From: Octopus bimaculoides
Taxonomy: Eukaryota
Assembly: GCF_001194135.2 (NCBI RefSeq)
Contig: NC_068992.1
Coordinates: 25,252,382-25,293,620 of the forward strand
Length of the DNA stretch: 41,239 bases
Reading direction: 5' to 3'
Below are positions 37,141 through 41,239 of the stretch, piece after piece. The position numbers were made by a program, and so were the translations under genes. The stretch's first letter is position 1. Every line of letters begins with the position of its first letter. Under the pieces are notes generated by a model. It was not told where the DNA came from, did no database searches, and saw nothing but the letters and a program-made list of their open reading frames with translations.

Positions 37141-37757
37141 AAAGAATATCTAAACACATCCGCAGTATTCACTTTGCAGCAACGACATATAAGGAAAGTA
37201 CAGAAAGAGAGAGTAAGGGGGTGAGAGGAGAAGGAGGAGGAAGAGGAGGAGAGAGAGAGAGTGGCGAACGCACACACACACACACACAGACAGTGAGTTA
37301 AAGAGAAAGAGAGAAAGTGGTAAAAATCAGTAATGTTATCTATTTAGTATGGCGTGTTACAATGATTATGCTCAAAGCAATCCCACTACTGATCACTTTC
37401 ACAAATTATCGTCATAAATTATAAATTTATGCTCGGTAGAAATTAATTGATGACATGGAATTATATTGGAGCAACAACCGACTGATACGAATATCGTGAA
37501 AATTTGCTTGAAGGAGAGGAGATTTTAGTTCACAATAGATTCATCAGAATAATTTTATTTGATATAAAGTGCATTGGATTCTGTAGTCTACGCTGTAAAA
37601 GTAGTGTCTGCTTTAGGCAACTGTTGGAACAAGTTCACGTCGTTTAACACTGAGGACGAAATTAGGGGAAACTGGAAGACAGTTACTTTGACATATTGAC
37701 ACCAACAAATTTATTGAATAACCTCCCCTGGCTGGTAGCGAATGGCATCTCTCTACT

Positions 37758-37796
<39 letters not shown>

Positions 37797-40700
37797 NNNN
37801 NNNNNNNNNNNNNNNNNNNNNNNNNNNNNNNNNNNNNNNNNNNNNNNNNNNNNNNNNNNNNNNNNNNNNNNNNNNNNNNNNNNNNNNNNNNNNNNNNNNN
37901 NNNNNNNNNNNNNNNNNNNNNNNNNNNNNNNNNNNNNNNNNNNNNNNNNNNNNNNNNNNNNNNNNNNNNNNNNNNNNNNNNNNNNNNNNNNNNNNNNNNN
38001 NNNNNNNNNNNNNNNNNNNNNNNNNNNNNNNNNNNNNNNNNNNNNNNNNNNNNNNNNNNNNNNNNNNNNNNNNNNNNNNNNNNNNNNNNNNNNNNNNNNN
38101 NNNNNNNNNNNNNNNNNNNNNNNNNNNNNNNNNNNNNNNNNNNNNNNNNNNNNNNNNNNNNNNNNNNNNNNNNNNNNNNNNNNNNNNNNNNNNNNNNNNN
38201 NNNNNNNNNNNNNNNNNNNNNNNNNNNNNNNNNNNNNNNNNNNNNNNNNNNNNNNNNNNNNNNNNNNNNNNNNNNNNNNNNNNNNNNNNNNNNNNNNNNN
38301 NNNNNNNNNNNNNNNNNNNNNNNNNNNNNNNNNNNNNNNNNNNNNNNNNNNNNNNNNNNNNNNNNNNNNNNNNNNNNNNNNNNNNNNNNNNNNNNNNNNN
38401 NNNNNNNNNNNNNNNNNNNNNNNNNNNNNNNNNNNNNNNNNNNNNNNNNNNNNNNNNNNNNNNNNNNNNNNNNNNNNNNNNNNNNNNNNNNNNNNNNNNN
38501 NNNNNNNNNNNNNNNNNNNNNNNNNNNNNNNNNNNNNNNNNNNNNNNNNNNNNNNNNNNNNNNNNNNNNNNNNNNNNNNNNNNNNNNNNNNNNNNNNNNN
38601 NNNNNNNNNNNNNNNNNNNNNNNNNNNNNNNNNNNNNNNNNNNNNNNNNNNNNNNNNNNNNNNNNNNNNNNNNNNNNNNNNNNNNNNNNNNNNNNNNNNN
38701 NNNNNCCGTTATTGAAATGTAAGTAAAAAACATTGTCATATTTTGAACCCGAGAAAATCTTGCATACTTACAACGTCGTATATAACTTTCAAGTTTCGTA
38801 GTACTGTTTGCGTTGGTGTTAAGGTTATCCATTTTAGCCATGATCGTACGTAGGAGATTCCAAGTGATGTATGATATATTTTGTAATCAGGTTTGAATTA
38901 TGTTTCGTTGTGAAATTAAAAGGTTTTTCGACTATTTTACTTTACAGAAAAAATAAATCAGGCACTGATTTAGACTGGAAGAATCGACATAATCGTTGAA
39001 GAAAACTTTGAAAAAGCAATTTCAAGCGCCTGCATATTTGATGTTAATGGCGCCCTGTTGTATGAATGTATGTATATCTTTTCTGCATTGCTTTTAAACT
39101 TTTATCTGCCTAAAGAATCACCAGGATTTCCGTAACTCTCACTCGTCACCACATTCTAACTTCCAGTTATTCAATGATCCATCTTCGCATTGCGTCTTTG
39201 CAGAAGAGCACGGTCGAAGGTATTATTAGTTCTTTTTAAGACAGATATTCTGTGATTCCACATGGTGAATTTTATTAAACTAATTATTGCCTTACCGTAG
39301 TCGTACTAAGAATACCTTTCTTTGGAATTTCTAATTTTCCTACTAATTGCATAATTCTAGCACACAAATTTAATTTTCTTGCAAGAATTTTCAAACTTTA
39401 AACTAGAAAATTGCCATTTCTTTCGTTTTGAATACATCATCACAGTTGTATCCCCGTGTGTTTCTTCTTCTGATTGTACGCCATTATCACTGTCATTTTC
39501 CACACATAGCCTTTTAACAACATTGTACTAAAAGGTGATATCGAAATCTAATGGTAGTCAGTTACTATCCGAAATTCATGTAATTGAATTCAACTTCTTA
39601 GATTATTTTCCCTTCATAACAGATTACAGTAACTGCTCAACTATTTTCATAAATTATGATTGATAGTCGTTTTACACCTGATCATCACGCGTGTATAATT
39701 TCCCAAGAGATTCTCAATCTTCACTCCAGCTTTTACTTGCACTAAGGCGTAGAAGTATATGTAACACTACTTCTGAGGTTTTACTTTCATACGTAATGAT
39801 ACAAATCACATGATTCTTGTAATGTTTTAAGATCACATTCTAGATATCTCTAATGAAAATTATAGATGTCTATAAAGAATATATTTTATAGTCTCTATAT
39901 ATCTTCATCCTATGAAATTAAATACTTTCTTTGGCTGCGTTAACCGTCAATTTTAAAATCGCATTGCAAAAGGAATTTATAATAAATAACAGACATTAAC
40001 GTCTGATATTTTTCTATACAGTATCAGTGAGGACACCGCTTAATTATTTTCATTATCTTTTCTTTTACGTTAATATTTTTAATGTTCGAGAAGCAGTGAT
40101 AAATTGGAATATGAAAATTTATCTTCATTCACTCCAAAAAAGAAAATGGTGCAAGGCTAACATTTTCTAAATTGTTGCTAAACTGTTAATTTATTAAAAT
40201 ATTAATCGCATGTCTTTTATTTTACAACTATTTTTTCATTTTCATATTCAGGCATTTTTGATTCTGGGAGAAATAATTAAATCATTTTATTTGATCATAT
40301 ATTCATTTATTTAGACATTTTCTACGAAGAAATTCCTTGGAGCATTTCAAAGAGTATTAATCAGAAAATACAAACAAACGATTAAAGAATACACGTTAAA
40401 ATATTGTTTTTGCTAAACGCTCTTCAATTTACGCTTTTTGCAAGATTTACTGTCCAAAATATTTATTGCTTTGTCATGGCGAAAATAAAGATCAGCTTGT
40501 CTTGCCATATTTTATATTTTCTGATTTAAAGCTAGTTACTGGGAAGCAAAAGAAGAAACGATAGATTATAAAGGGTTTGGAAGCTGCAATTATTTCTAAA
40601 AGAATTTCACAGTTCTTTCTCATCATAATTGCTGCCGATTCGTGAGGAGTTACAAAGTATATTAAAATTTAGTTTCACTAATTGAATGCACCGAACGTTT

Positions 40701-40879
40701 ATTGTTATTATCAACTATTTACAAACCTAGACTAAATATCAGTCAAAATTAAACCATAAATGAATTCGTGTTTTAACAATTCAAAATTCTTTGGTTCAGC
40801 AAAAATGATAAAAGAAATAACAGTGATTTTCCAATTTGCAAGCAGTTCCTAAACAAAGAGATTAATGTTGCTGATACCG

Positions 40880-41038
40880 TTCTATATTTAAGGGATGAGG
40901 AATTATGTACATTATTTACAGATATTTCTCCTTATCTTTGTTGTTAACACAACGTTTCGGCTGCTATACCCTCCAGCCTTCATCAGGTGTCTTGGGGAAG
41001 TTTCGGACTTAGGTTCTCATTCCTATGGTATTTTTCGA

Positions 41039-41040
<2 letters not shown>
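40880..41040 (-). mobile_element. Hammerhead-bearing SINE-like 3' domain, copy 3
   Basis: Reverse complement: (aat)n-catcgaaaaataccataggaatgag..ttccccaagacacCTGATGAaggctg..cagccGAAACGTTgtgttaacaac..gtaaataatgtacataattcctcatcccttaaatatagaac; matches copies 1 and 2. Confidence 0.85.
40946..40991 (-). ncRNA. Intact minimal type I hammerhead ribozyme motif (Penelope-type)
   Basis: GACAC-CUGAUGA-A-GGCUG-gaggguauag-CAGCC-GAAAC-GUU-GUGUU: 5-bp stem I, 5-bp stem II, loop-less palindromic stem III (ACGU). Confidence 0.8.
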
Positions 41041-41104
<64 letters not shown>

Positions 41105-41105
<1 letters not shown>

Positions 41106-41239
41106 TTATGTTTGACTTTTGTTTTGCATTTGTACAAGTTGGATCCAAGTCTCACCCAGAGACCTCAAGAGACAACAAGTTAGAAGTTCATGTAGGTGTT
41201 ATGCCTAGGGTACCATATATTTGGATTTGTACAGTTTTG
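41105..41239 (-). mobile_element. Probable 3' UTR/tail of a non-LTR retrotransposon ending in (AAT)n
   Basis: Reverse complement ..ccctaggcataacacc..cttgaggtctctgggtgagacttgga..agtcaaacataaaataataat. Recognised from memory only; no ORF visible in the window. Confidence 0.4.

Noticed and set aside
38710-40870. AT-rich region with faint hAT-like words (FPHGEFIK, LTVNAAKES)
   Set aside because: Too fragmentary and on inconsistent strands; a profile search (Dfam/TBLASTX) is needed.

Overview
AT-rich, microsatellite-dense animal non-coding DNA (intergenic or deep intronic). About 13% of it is N gaps (12 gaps, ~5.4 kb). The SINE families look like those of Octopus; this is my inference from recognising the repeats, not a database result. 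I found no intact host protein-coding gene; nearly all listed ORFs are microsatellite or gap artefacts or transposon remnants. The window is a mosaic of tRNA-derived SINEs (at least four families), decayed Tc1/mariner, maT, pogo and hAT DNA transposons, two clean hAT MITEs with 8-bp TSDs, and LINE fragments (RTE, an RLE-type, and a gag-knuckle ORF1). Two things stand out. (1) Three unrelated repeat types carry hammerhead-ribozyme (HHR) folds. One is a tRNA-headed SINE-like element with a minimal type I HHR (3 copies, one intact at 40946-40991). One is a ~370-410 bp tandem/inverted unit at 34935-36050 with a type III-like HHR whose stems covary between copies (retrozyme or Penelope pseudo-LTR-like). 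One is an orphan HHR core at 22967-22997. (2) Three independent Tc1/mariner remnants are fold-backs built from two copies of the same end. Ribozyme activity is predicted from folding by eye and is untested. Boundaries of degenerate repeats are approximate.
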